NCBI GenBank assembly: GCA_002633005.1
Contig: NMRA01000207.1
Coordinates: 457,470 to 521,469, forward strand
Reading direction: 5' to 3'
Source: Phoronis australis
Taxonomy: Eukaryota > Animalia > Phoronida
Length of the DNA stretch: 64,000 nt
The notes beneath the pieces are model-generated. The model had not been told where the DNA came from. It made no database searches and saw only the letters and a list, made by a program, of their open reading frames with translations. Of this stretch, positions 54,901 through 64,000 are shown in pieces (position 1 is the stretch's first letter; each line of letters starts with the position of its first letter). The position numbers and the translations under genes are program-made.

Positions 54901-57900
54901 TTATTGTTAAGCGCGGCGACAAATACTACCGCTCTGCAGCCAAATTTGTGTGGGTTGGGAGTGGACGGGCGAGCGAAAAGGACGCAGACGCATGCTACTG
55001 ATGGTGGTAACGTTTTTTTTTTTTTTTTTTAGTCCTCCCGATTTTTGTCGCGGAAAGGTTCACATTGACCATTTCAAAGGCTGGTTATCGGGCATGATTT
55101 GGGCCGTAAAAGTTTCCGCTTTTTTTGTCATTGGTCACTCCAAGCCCTGTGTGCTGAATAGTCTTACCTAATATGAACTGCGTTTGTGTGAGTGATGTGT
55201 GAAATATGTTCAGTTTTTGATATTGAAAGATGACTGTTTTCCTGTTAAAACTGCACACATGCAATGAACTTGTAACTTGGATGATAGAGGGAGCTACTTA
55301 TTTGCAAGTTGGTTTATACAGAAATATGTAAGGGCTGATCCAGCAAAATCTGTATGGGAGGGGGGAAGGCACTTTTATTTCGTACCCACCGCCCATATTT
55401 TTCATTTATTTCTCCAACCCATGACCCATAATTCTTTAATTATTTTTAATAGGTTAACATATAAAACCCAACACTTGCAAACAAATTGCCTCCAGGAGGA
55501 CCTGTTAAGAACTTAGATGATTGACAGACAAGAACTAGTTGTCTTGTTCAATATTGTCAAAAACTAAAGTAGCCTGTGAGCAATACTTTTGGCAGCCACC
55601 AGGTGTCTCTGTTCACCATGTGTCGATAATTTCAATGAACATTTTTTCAATTATAAGGATCTATGAATCTCAAACTGTCTCCACGAACTCTTTTATACTT
55701 CTATGTCAAGTGAATATTGGAACTTGTTTATCTTACTCCTCATACTTTTTATTTAAAAATCATCAAATGAATTTTCTTATATGTGTTAACACCAGTTTAG
55801 TGTTGCATAATTTTTCAATTCAATAGGACTGCAGACAAACAGTTGGCTCAAATCAAGTTGCCCATGATTTGATTAATGGCTTAGTGAACATATTGCACTC
55901 TGTTCACTGGCAATATGGGCTTTTTTGTATTGGGATAAGTTAGGATATAGGCCAATCCCATTTTTTTAATTTTGAGGGCTGAAGTAACCAACCTGTCAAC
56001 ATTAACGGTCAAAAAATACCACCCATTTTTAATGCATCACTTCTTACAGGAATGACCACCCATAATTTGAGATTTTTTCTGAAGACCACCACCCATGAAT
56101 TTTTATTTCTTCTGCCGTCCCCCCCCCTCCCACACGGATTTTACTGGAACAGCCCTAAATGTTATGAATACAAACACACTCAGGAGTTTATGGGCGGAAT
56201 TCCCACTGCAAAGTCTGATTGAATTTCTGTGTTCGACCCGTGGTTCCGATAGCTCAGGGGACCAAACTGTGTGCACTGTTAGCAGAAGGTCCTGGGCTCA
56301 AGTGCCGGTCGGGGCAGAAATCTTTTCAGACTTATGTTCATCAGGTCATGTGATGTGGCCAACAGGTGGCTAGTGGACCAGACTGTCTAATAGATGTTTG
56401 CAATTTGTGAGTTGGATGACAGAGGGCACTACAGTTTTATGACATGCTAAATTGTGCATCATGAACTGGGGTTTATTCTAATCGTAGGTATGATTTATTG
56501 CATCCATATTCCAGGAAGTTTTAGTTTGATTGCGCCTCAATATAGTCACCTGGGTTGCAATTTGCTTATCAGTGTTGTGATATATTGCACGTCATCTTTC
56601 CAGGCATGCTGGTATACCTTTCAACTGCATGCGCTACACCGCAGATGTTCTGGATATGTTGCTGTCGCTGTACCACACCACCAGATGTCCTTACGGTACT
56701 GGTGAGGAGGAGAGCGCCATGGTTCTGTCCGCTTTTGACAGTCTAGCCAAACTGTTGAGAAATCTCACGGACCTTCCATTGACCTTTGTCACTATTCAAG
56801 GAACTAGCCCTGTATTCCGCCATGCTGAGGTACTGTAATGCAGTCAAACCACGTTTCTATCAAGGGATTAGAAATCCTCTGTTCTATAACCATCTTGATG
56901 TCACTTTATCATACCATTGGACCTTTCTTAACATAGTGTTGTGTGAGGACCATGATGATAAGTGTAATCATGTGGCGTGAGTGATTAAGTTTCGAGTCTC
57001 AATCTCATTCGAGTCTGAGTTTGAAGATAAGATCCTGAGTCGTGATCTTTGTCTATCTTCACTGGAATCTTCACTTAACGTGTGTCCGACTATTTAAGAT
57101 GTTCATCAACTGTGCCACACTGTTACAGGTGTTTCCAAGTCTGCCTGCTCTTCAATCGACAAATCAACACAGTTCACAGCAGCAACTGCCCTCTATTGAC
57201 AGGCCTTGCCGCACTTACACGGCTAGTCAAAAAGGTACGTGGCCACTGACAGTAAATAATTTTCATTAAAAGAAGTCATTTAACCATAATGGATAGGTTT
57301 GCATTATCCTTTGTACGGTATACACTAAAAATAAAGTGACCCGCAATGACGACTGGGCTGAAGCCCATTTCACCGTCAGAGCAGCCTTCCCTGATGACCG
57401 AGAATGATGGAAAGCGACGTTGTCATTCTGTAAGCAGAACTATGTTTGCCATCAAACAATCATTACCAGACACCATGTCATAGATGACATCATGTCATGG
57501 ATATATTCAATGAATAGCGTTTCAATGGTATTTCTTAAAACAATTAGATTTGTCGACCACATTTGTCTTGCCAACAATTTTGTGAGATTTGTCAGTAAAT
57601 GAAGCCAATGATAACAGTTTAAGGTTTATTTAAGGATCAGTAAGTATACTTGGGTTATACAAGCTGACATTCAATTGCCCTGGCACATGTGTTTTCGACA
57701 CTGATCAAATTTCCCTCTAGGCCAATAAATACTGATCATAATCGATTCAGATCTCTGGGGTTGTTTTGAAAATTGATGCGGCGATACGGTATTTCATAGT
57801 TATTCGAGAAGAAAGTCAGGTGATACCTTTTGAAATGAATCATCATTATATTTTACACCATGTAAGCCAATGACGAATCAAATTGGTTTGGATCTGTCTG

Positions 57901-60900
57901 TTTTTTTACCTGGCGCTACCTGATGCCAGTTTGAGGCGCAGGTTCCAGTTTGAGTGAAGCACAACCCAGAACTAATTGTCTTACTTTTTTGGCCAAAATT
58001 GTATTCATTACCTGGACATTGCTAATCTGAAGAGCCCACACTGACTTTCGCAGTGATTTGCACGCTGGAGGGAAGTGGGAAATGGCCGGATGACCTTGAC
58101 GCCATACAGAGGTTAAAGGCGGCCATGCTGATTCAGGTTGCAACCTCACTGACCAATGAGCACCAGCTGGTGACACAAGTGCTGCCATCTAGTGTTCTTG
58201 TATTAAAGGTAAATTTTGCTATACTTAAAACTTCCTCTGAGCTCCCCCTCTCGACAGTGTGTTTCCTGGGAGAGTAGCTAAGGGTCTGAGAACAGTGGAG
58301 CCAATTTGTTGTCATTGACAAGTTCTTTCATCTAGGTCAGAGTTTTCAGTGAGTGGTTCCATTTGTCATCGCCAGGGTGACACCAGCACACAAAGTTGAA
58401 TATAAAGCAAAGCCAGTGGAGTGTGCAAATTAATGTGAATGCTTTTACTTATTTTGCAGTTAAACATAAAATTTTAAAGTGTTCTCTAGCATAGCCATGA
58501 GTATTCAAAGTGGTCCACTGCACACATAAGATTGTTGTCACTCATGGTGGAAGATAACATTTTCATCCCTATCCTATTTGGTTCCCCCAAGCAAAGAATA
58601 ACTCCTTTGCAGTGAACTGTGGACCATTAAACCTTTGCTGCATTGGAGTGTGTCAGAGTTTGCACAGGTCTGTCTGTGTTGAGTTCCATAAATTGCAAGA
58701 CATTAGTCTGCACTCTCGTCAAAAATACTTATAGAGCAGAAACATCTGAATTTAAGCCCATAATTCAATGCTCCAGCATCACCAACCAATCACTTTTGTG
58801 GCCACCAGTTTGCTAGGGTAGGCTCCTGAGCATACTCGGGAAACACTTCTCTTGCAAATTCTTGTTTTTCTCGCACAAAACAAATGCTTTCTAGGTTTTA
58901 GTTCAGGTCGCGAGGTCACATTTGACATTTCCTTTGATGCTCATAGGCTCTTGTGTGCACTCGTAGGAGCTACAGTGTTGGACTAAAACTAAGTTTAATT
59001 GGGCACTGATCTTAACGAGTGTCTGTATTAACAATTTTAATGTTATATGAAATTAATAGATATCTAGATTATTGCCCAACATCTATGTGCAGCAAATAGG
59101 GGCTCGCTGGTTCACTGTGTACTATAAATAAATACTAGTTTCTCTACGTGTCAATGCCATGTAAATGCCATAGGTCGTACAGTGTCTTAAAGGTTAAAAA
59201 ATTGATTCAGAATTATTTTTTAGTTTGTTCTCAGTTTTGGTTTTATTCTGGTTAGTACACTCTTTACGCCTAGCATTTTCTGTTGTTTGCTTTACCACTT
59301 TGATGCTAATTGTAAATCAGATTTTATGTGATATTCAGGACGGCTATGTCTTTGACCTTCACCTGTCCTATGCCAGAGAGATCGTTCTGTTGAAGGAAGT
59401 GCATACACCTGAAGGTCAGGTCCAGATAAGGGAGACTGGGGCATCGCTTGACCTGCAGGTGGACACTGTACTACTACCGCGGCTGTCCACTGCACTGCAC
59501 GGGTGAGTGATTATGGAGCTGAGAGGGAGCGTGTAAACTGTGTGAAAGTAATAAAATTATAATTTTCCAAATAGAGTGGCAGTATTGAAATGAGCTGTGG
59601 GCAGTGATGAAGTATTTGCACACGTTCAACACCACCTACAGTTCAATTTCTTAGCATCTTTAAAAGAGGAAGGAACTGTAAGACGCTGATGCTGGCCAAT
59701 AGTGAAATATATCAAATTAACTCATACAAATTAGGAGCTCCAACTGGGAATCGAACCACAGGTCTCTAGACTGCCTCAGTGGTAAGAGCACTAGACCGGC
59801 GATCTAGAGACCTGTGTTGGGGTTCCTGATTTTTCTGTGTTTATGATGTTACATTTACAGTAAAATTTCACCAATTTAAGTGCTAAACAATAATCGCCAA
59901 AACAGGTTGTTTTTCATTTTTCAAAGGCTTATAGCCTTATTGTGATTGGCCACAGTTTTCAAAACGTTATCCAATGGCAGCTTTTGTGTAGAAGTTAAGC
60001 TTTACAAAGCCTTAATTTTGCGCAACTTTTATTTTTATGAAAAAGGAGAAATAAAGTTTCACCTGTTGCCATATTCAGTCCTAAGATGGTGAGATTTTAC
60101 TGTTACTTAAAATGCAGATTCTTGGTTACCTTGGAAATACATTTTCAGTCGGGTAAATTAGTGTTGCCATGGCATGTATTTACTGTCTGTGGAACAGTGA
60201 AAAGTGACTTTAATAGACTGGCAAATGGTCTGCATCATGGAAGAGAATGCAGAAGTAAGATGCTGGCCCTTTGTTGGGTGGTTTGTGTCACTTTCTATTA
60301 TTGCATGAATAGTACACTTTTTTGAAGTTATTAGCTCAGATCAGAGCTATAAAGCAACAAAATCCATTGTTTTTTGTGATTTTATTACAAATCGCCAATT
60401 CTCACAGTTGTCTGCCATTCATTCGCTGAAACTGAGGCTGGTGTTTTTACTATTTAAACGCACTTAAATACCTCGCTATTGAACGCAATGGGTTAGGTTA
60501 GGCGGCACAGCGTTCAGCTGCTACTGTCCAGCCAGTGGGTTCAATTCTACGCTACTGATAATTTCTGTAAAGTTACTTTTCTGACTGAGAATGCCACTTT
60601 AAGGCGAATGCTATGCATTGTTTCAGTATTCACCAGGGCAACAGTACGTTCAGCAGTGTTGTGCGACTGGCCAAAAGGTGGCTCTCCTCTCAACTCCTGT
60701 GGCATTATGTAAGTGAGGAAGCTATTGAGTTGCTAGTGGCTCATCTGTACGTCAGTCCACTACCACTAACGCCACCTGGGTGAGTAGCTGTAATCTATAT
60801 GATAATTATTTAGTGCTCGCAAAAGTAACGGCATTTTCAACAAAGTTTTTGCTTCAACAATGGCAATGATAATATTAATCAGATAATCCTATTGACAGTC

Positions 60901-62982
60901 ATTGTTGATGTTCATGTGATTTTTTTCCAAAATGATTAACAGCGTGTTGTTCGCACTGTGGCTTATATGTCTGCATATACCGTGAACCAGACTAGTTATT
61001 AGACTACGGCCTGAATAATTACTTAGATCTGAAAGCCTTAGCAACTCCTTTGACACTGGGAATAAACGACTTGATGCCCTCTTTTTTTATAATTAATTAA
61101 AGTGTTTGTGTTTTGCACGTATGAACTGGTGGACTTTGAGTTCCATTATGACAAATTAATAAAACATTCATTAAGTCTCTTCCTGATTGCTTTGATTAAT
61201 GTTGTATTATTATAACAATGATGACAACGAAAAAACTATTACAACAAGGCATTCTTACAAGTGTATTACAAAACTTGAAATTTTAATGACTTGTGCAGTA
61301 GGTTAAGGTACAATACTTTAAGTTTTATGTTAGTTTAGTGAAATGTGTTTGGGATCTGCCGCGTCTAGTGTGTCATGTCTCCCCCGTCTAGTGTGTCATG
61401 TCTGCCCCGTCTAGTGTGCCATGTCTGCCTCGTCTAGTGTGTCATGTCTGCCCCGTCTAGTGTGTCATGTCTGCCTTGTCTTGTGTGTCATGTCTGCCTC
61501 GTCTTGTGTGTCATGTCTGCCCCGTCTAGTGTGTCATGTCTGCCCTGTCTAGTGTGCCATGTCTGCCCTGTCTACTGTGCCATGTCTGCCCTGTCTAGTG
61601 TGACATGTCTGCCCTGTCTAGTTTGCCATGTAAGCTGGGTTAGAGCAGCAGACACATCACTTGGAGTCTTCTGTTAGAAAACATGATGATGTATGAGGCA
61701 AAAGATTTTAATTAATCAATTATGATAAATCAGTGACTTCATGCGTAAGCAAATCTGTTGTCATCCTCTCTTTGTAGGCAATTTTTTGTGCCATGGTTCA
61801 ATAGTCTGCTTCCATTGTAACAGCAGCATTGAAAATGTGTTTCGTCGCTAGATGTCAGTGATTGACTGCTTTGTGAACAATGCTTAGGGCCACTTACAGC
61901 TCAATCCTGTGATTTGGATGGAGTTTTAAGGTTATGTTGGGGCCTTGTGGACAAGTTTGTGCATTTTGTCAAATATCTGCAACATGGTAGAAATTAACTC
62001 AAAATGTGTCTGCATGAAAGAAAGTGTCTTTTGTCATAGCCAAACCAGCCTGCCTTGCTTACTAGAATTCAAAACTGGGTCGACTGAAAATCACTTTTAT
62101 GAACACACGAATTCTAAAGATTTTGTATAGTTGATGTTATAAAACATATCCCAACAAAATGACCGTGTATTTGTCGTCATGACAACTTGGCGTAAGTTGC
62201 ATTTATTGCCAGATTAATCAACTGAGACTGAAGGCAATTGACAGGAGAGTTAGTTAGGGGTCTAAACTGTTCTGTAATTAGAAGGTTGTCTTTGGTATAG
62301 TTATTACCTACTACTAACAGTCAATGTGGCTGTTAACAGAATTAGCCGTCAAGCAGGGGAAACGGACTATTTTGTCTCTCTCCGCATTGTTTATCAGATG
62401 TTTGCAGTTCTGTGAAATGGCGTAATCACATGATAAAATGAACAGTTTGTTATGGTTGTCCAGTTTTAATATTCTGCACAACCAATCACAGTCTTTTAAC
62501 TCACTAAAGAGTGTTTAACAACATATTAGCATTTAACATGTAATTGCTAAATGCGTTAATTAGTTAATAAAGCTTTAAATCAAGGAGCATGTTGTTTCTA
62601 CCTTTGTTGCCATGGCATTCGCTATTGGTCTGATGCTGAAAACTTGAGCAGTATAATGACTTTCTTAACACTTTGCAAAAATCTGCATTTCTTCTCATAT
62701 TTTTGTATTATATTTTATTTTGCGATTATTTATACTCTCCCCCAAAGTTATGTAAACTAGGTGATGTCTGTCTCATTACAATTTACCAATAGATCGCCTT
62801 ATACTCTGCTGCTCCATTCCTTGAATTTGACAAATTTCATCAAATTTGAGATCTCTATTATTACACTGACCGTGTATATTGCAGGAGCACTGTTGGCGGG
62901 TTCCTCAGATTTCTACGTCTTCTCTCCACTCACGACTGGGCCTCGTCGCCAGTAATCATCAACTTCAATCAAGAACTGAAGC
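42811..62982 (+). CDS. NOL6: Nucleolar protein 6 (Nrap/Utp22), span of 18 coding exons; 5' exon(s) missing, gene continues beyond window
   Basis: Conserved motifs LYKPPTNEEL..LFQSSLFRLQ, KDFLNFRYLTKRALYL, LLKVWLRQR, FRKFWGNKSELRRFQDGNICEAVVW, LEGSGKWPDDLDAIQRLKAA, VRLAKRWL and GFLRFLRLLSTHDW. All junctions are GT-AG and phase-compatible (2629 nt). Confidence 0.95.
43448..43564 (+). CDS. NOL6: NOL6 exon
   Basis: VTELLKEVHH..LQALPPGDKHK; gcag/gtaa boundaries. Confidence 0.9.
43763..43948 (+). CDS. NOL6: NOL6 exon
   Basis: LTDADWL..KGSFQFLPPKSVKVIGSY..VDIWLEIPK. Confidence 0.9.
44076..44792. mobile_element. Kolobok-type MITE candidate
   Basis: TTAA flanks; TIR AGGTGCAATAAACC vs AGCTACTATAAACC (11/14). 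Confidence 0.45.
45276..45444 (+). CDS. NOL6: NOL6 exon
   Basis: ENLEPKDFLNFRYLTKRALYLA..MKPILVVTPT. Confidence 0.92.
46043..46183 (+). CDS. NOL6: NOL6 exon
   Basis: KVGHHVKVHLH..SRFDIRKNNIRSNWF. Confidence 0.88.
46342..46774. mobile_element. Foldback MITE (CATAG ends, ~135-bp arms) with an internal 48-bp triplication
   Basis: CATAGATTAATTCT...AGAATTAATCTATG; 3 copies of GACAATAGACTCTCTATTTGGGTGAAAAAAGTGGCTCAGTTATGAACA at 46473-46616; no clear TSD. Confidence 0.9.
47463..47620 (+). CDS. NOL6: NOL6 exon
   Basis: EPATPVYNTSILTD..DGIALLKVWLRQRELLE. Confidence 0.92.
47771..47866 (-). mobile_element. tRNA-derived repeat (AGC-anticodon-like head)
   Basis: Minus strand reads TAGCTCAGTGG (A box), CTAGA-CCAGCAA-TCTAG (anticodon-like arm), GGTTCGATTCC (B box). 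Same 3' tail as 59775-59844. Confidence 0.7.
48258..48372 (+). CDS. NOL6: NOL6 exon
   Basis: AGFSGFIMTMYVVYLL..MSSYQIMRSTLLHF; gtaagt donor. Confidence 0.9.
49137..49535. repeat. 39-bp minisatellite x10 in a NOL6 intron
   Basis: Unit GATGTGATGTATGGCTACAGCCATCACAAGTGTGAT-type. Confidence 0.97.
49855..50015 (+). CDS. NOL6: NOL6 exon
   Basis: KEDWTRHGISL..FHAAFPVVFVDFTGLVNLCA..Q. Confidence 0.9.
50357..50500. repeat. 48-bp tandem repeat x3
   Basis: Unit CTTGATCATTGATTGAGATCGTCCTTTAGTTTGGCTTGTCATGGTATG. Confidence 0.97.
50680..50795 (+). CDS. NOL6: NOL6 exon
   Basis: ARFEASQALTILD..DSFKLLFMTPVPFTQQFDHYL; gtaagt donor. Confidence 0.9.
51552..51729 (+). CDS. NOL6: NOL6 exon
   Basis: ITKTDVLRD..LMDYGGDHV..LVQKSLDARV..SAE. 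Confidence 0.85.
53113..53229 (+). CDS. NOL6: NOL6 exon
   Basis: WPVSQEPP..IGLRLD..VLTKGPPADNAE. Confidence 0.9.
54472..54623 (+). CDS. NOL6: NOL6 exon
   Basis: ADDFRKFWGNKSELRRFQDGNICEAVVW; gtgagt donor. Confidence 0.95.
54645..55149. mobile_element. hAT-like MITE with 6-bp TSD
   Basis: TIR CAGGGCTTGGA / TCCAAGCCCTG; TGTGCT on both flanks; TTTCCGC/GCGGAAA subterminal motifs. Confidence 0.85.
55332..56155. mobile_element. PIF/Harbinger (Tourist-like) MITE
   Basis: ~40-bp TIR GGGCTGATCCAGCAAAATCTGTATGGGAGGGGGG vs GGGCTGTTCCAGTAAAATCCGTGTGGGAGGGGGG; TAA TSD. Confidence 0.85.
56604..56829 (+). CDS. NOL6: NOL6 exon
   Basis: HAGIP..GTGEEE..FDSLAKLLRNLTDLPLTFVTIQGTSPVFRHAE. Confidence 0.92.
57129..57234 (+). 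CDS. NOL6: NOL6 exon
   Basis: VFPSLP..PCRTYTASQK; phase 0 to 1 fits both neighbours. Confidence 0.82.
58054..58208 (+). CDS. NOL6: NOL6 exon
   Basis: ICTLEGSGKWPDDLDAIQRLKAAML..VLVLK. Confidence 0.94.
59339..59502 (+). CDS. NOL6: NOL6 exon
   Basis: DGYVFDLHLSYAREIVLLKE..LPRLSTALHG; gtgagt donor. Confidence 0.92.
59728..59844. mobile_element. Two partial tRNA-derived repeat heads in inverted orientation
   Basis: CAACTGGGAATCGAACCACAGGTCTCTAGA followed by CTCAGTGGTAAGAGCACTAGACC..TCTAGAGACCTGTG..GGGGTTCCTGATTTTTCTGTGTTTAT; same family as 47771. Confidence 0.7.
60627..60779 (+). CDS. NOL6: NOL6 exon
   Basis: IHQGNSTFSSVVRLAKRWLSSQLL..EEAIELLVAHLY..PP. Confidence 0.93.
61363..61630. repeat. 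23-bp minisatellite x~12
   Basis: Unit GTCTAGTGTGTCATGTCTGCCCC. Confidence 0.97.
62885..62982 (+). CDS. NOL6: NOL6 exon (last one in window)
   Basis: STVGGFLRFLRLLSTHDWASSPVIINFNQELK; gtaagt donor. Confidence 0.92.
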
Positions 62983-63184
62983 GTAAGTATGTGATTTCAA
63001 CTCAGTAACAGTAGAGACGGCGTAAAAGACTCTCATCTTAGATCCGCATTCGTTTCTATTGAGCAATTATCGACAAAGATTGTTTATTGGCGAGTCGGAC
63101 ACATGTTTGCTCAAAGGACATGAGCACAAATGAAAGTCTCAGAGAATAACGTTCTGGACTGTGATGCGCTCATGTTTACATGGC

Positions 63185-63514
63185 TAAACCTTTATTTAAC
63201 AATTTAAAGTGAGAACTTCTAAACCTTTATTTAACAAATAATTTGTAAAGTGAGAACTTCTAAACCTTTATTTAACAATTGTAAAATGAGAACTTCTAAA
63301 CCTTTATTTAACAATTGTAAAGTAAAAACTTCTAAACCTTTATTTAACAATTGTAAAGTGAGAACTTCTAAACCTTTATTTAACAATTGTAAAGCAAAAA
63401 CTTCTAAACCTTTATTTAACAATTGTAAAGTGAGAACTTCTAAACCTTTATTTAACAATTGTAAAGTAAGAACTTCTAAACCTTTTATTATTTAACAATT
63501 GTAAAGTGAGAACT
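63185..63514. repeat. 36-bp minisatellite x~9
   Basis: Unit TAAACCTTTATTTAACAATTGTAAAGTGAGAACTTC. Confidence 0.97.
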
Positions 63515-64000
63515 TAAGACCAAATTTCTGTCTGAAGTCTTAATAGTCACTTTCATAAAATAGTCTCCCGGGCAAGAATGTGCTTGTTAAAGTGTCTGAT
63601 TGTGAATTGCAGTGTGATGCGTTTTCTAAATGCTTGTCTGTTAAGTTTGTCTTGAGCGTTCACATTGTGTTTAAGTCCGACCAGTTTATTCCGTTCATGT
63701 TTTGCGTCTTCACCTCTTGTGTTCATTTGACGTAGCTGGCCCCTATGTATTTGTGTGACATGAAACGAGCAATCTCTTATGAAAGGCAAATATCGTGAAA
63801 TGGTTGTGACTTCACCTCAAAGCAAATGGTCTCCTGGTTGCTAAGACAGAAATTTATGGGTCAGTGACGTGATCTGCAGCTTGTCGTCTTCCTGCTGTCA
63901 CCACATCCTGTCTCTTGCCGCAGTGTCACGGTTCTGTTGATGGTACTTTCAAGTAGTGTACCTGAACATCTCGGCAAACTTACGATTTTTTTCGGTCATC

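Noticed and set aside
56240-56330. tRNA-like segment (TAGCTCAG..GGGCTCAAGTGCC)
   Set aside because: Too degenerate to call a tRNA; at most an old tRNA-derived repeat fragment.

Overview
AT-rich, intron-rich animal genomic DNA, probably from a bilaterian invertebrate. It contains two single-N assembly joins (10144, 42444). Two spliced genes lie divergently. On the minus strand (~26077 down to at least 4303) is a PDZD2/pro-IL16-like gene with three PDZ domains, reconstructed from 8 phase-compatible GT-AG exons; its 3' end is unresolved. On the plus strand (42811 to beyond the window end) is NOL6/Utp22, with 18 phase-compatible exons (~876 codons); its first exon is not seen. The rest is non-autonomous DNA transposons (hAT-, PIF/Harbinger-, Kolobok-, Tc1/pogo-like and CAC-ended), Helentron-associated-like repeats, a solo LTR, tRNA-derived repeats and many minisatellites. 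A 1.8-kb tandem duplication at the N at 10144 is probably a haplotype assembly artefact. I found no clear new multi-gene system. The best leads are an in-frame minisatellite that multiplies a splice donor inside a PDZ domain, repeats carrying arrays of CTCF-like motifs, a transposon carrying a HIRAN-like passenger, and an overlapping antisense THAP/YQFEP pair. All family calls come from motif recognition, not database searches.
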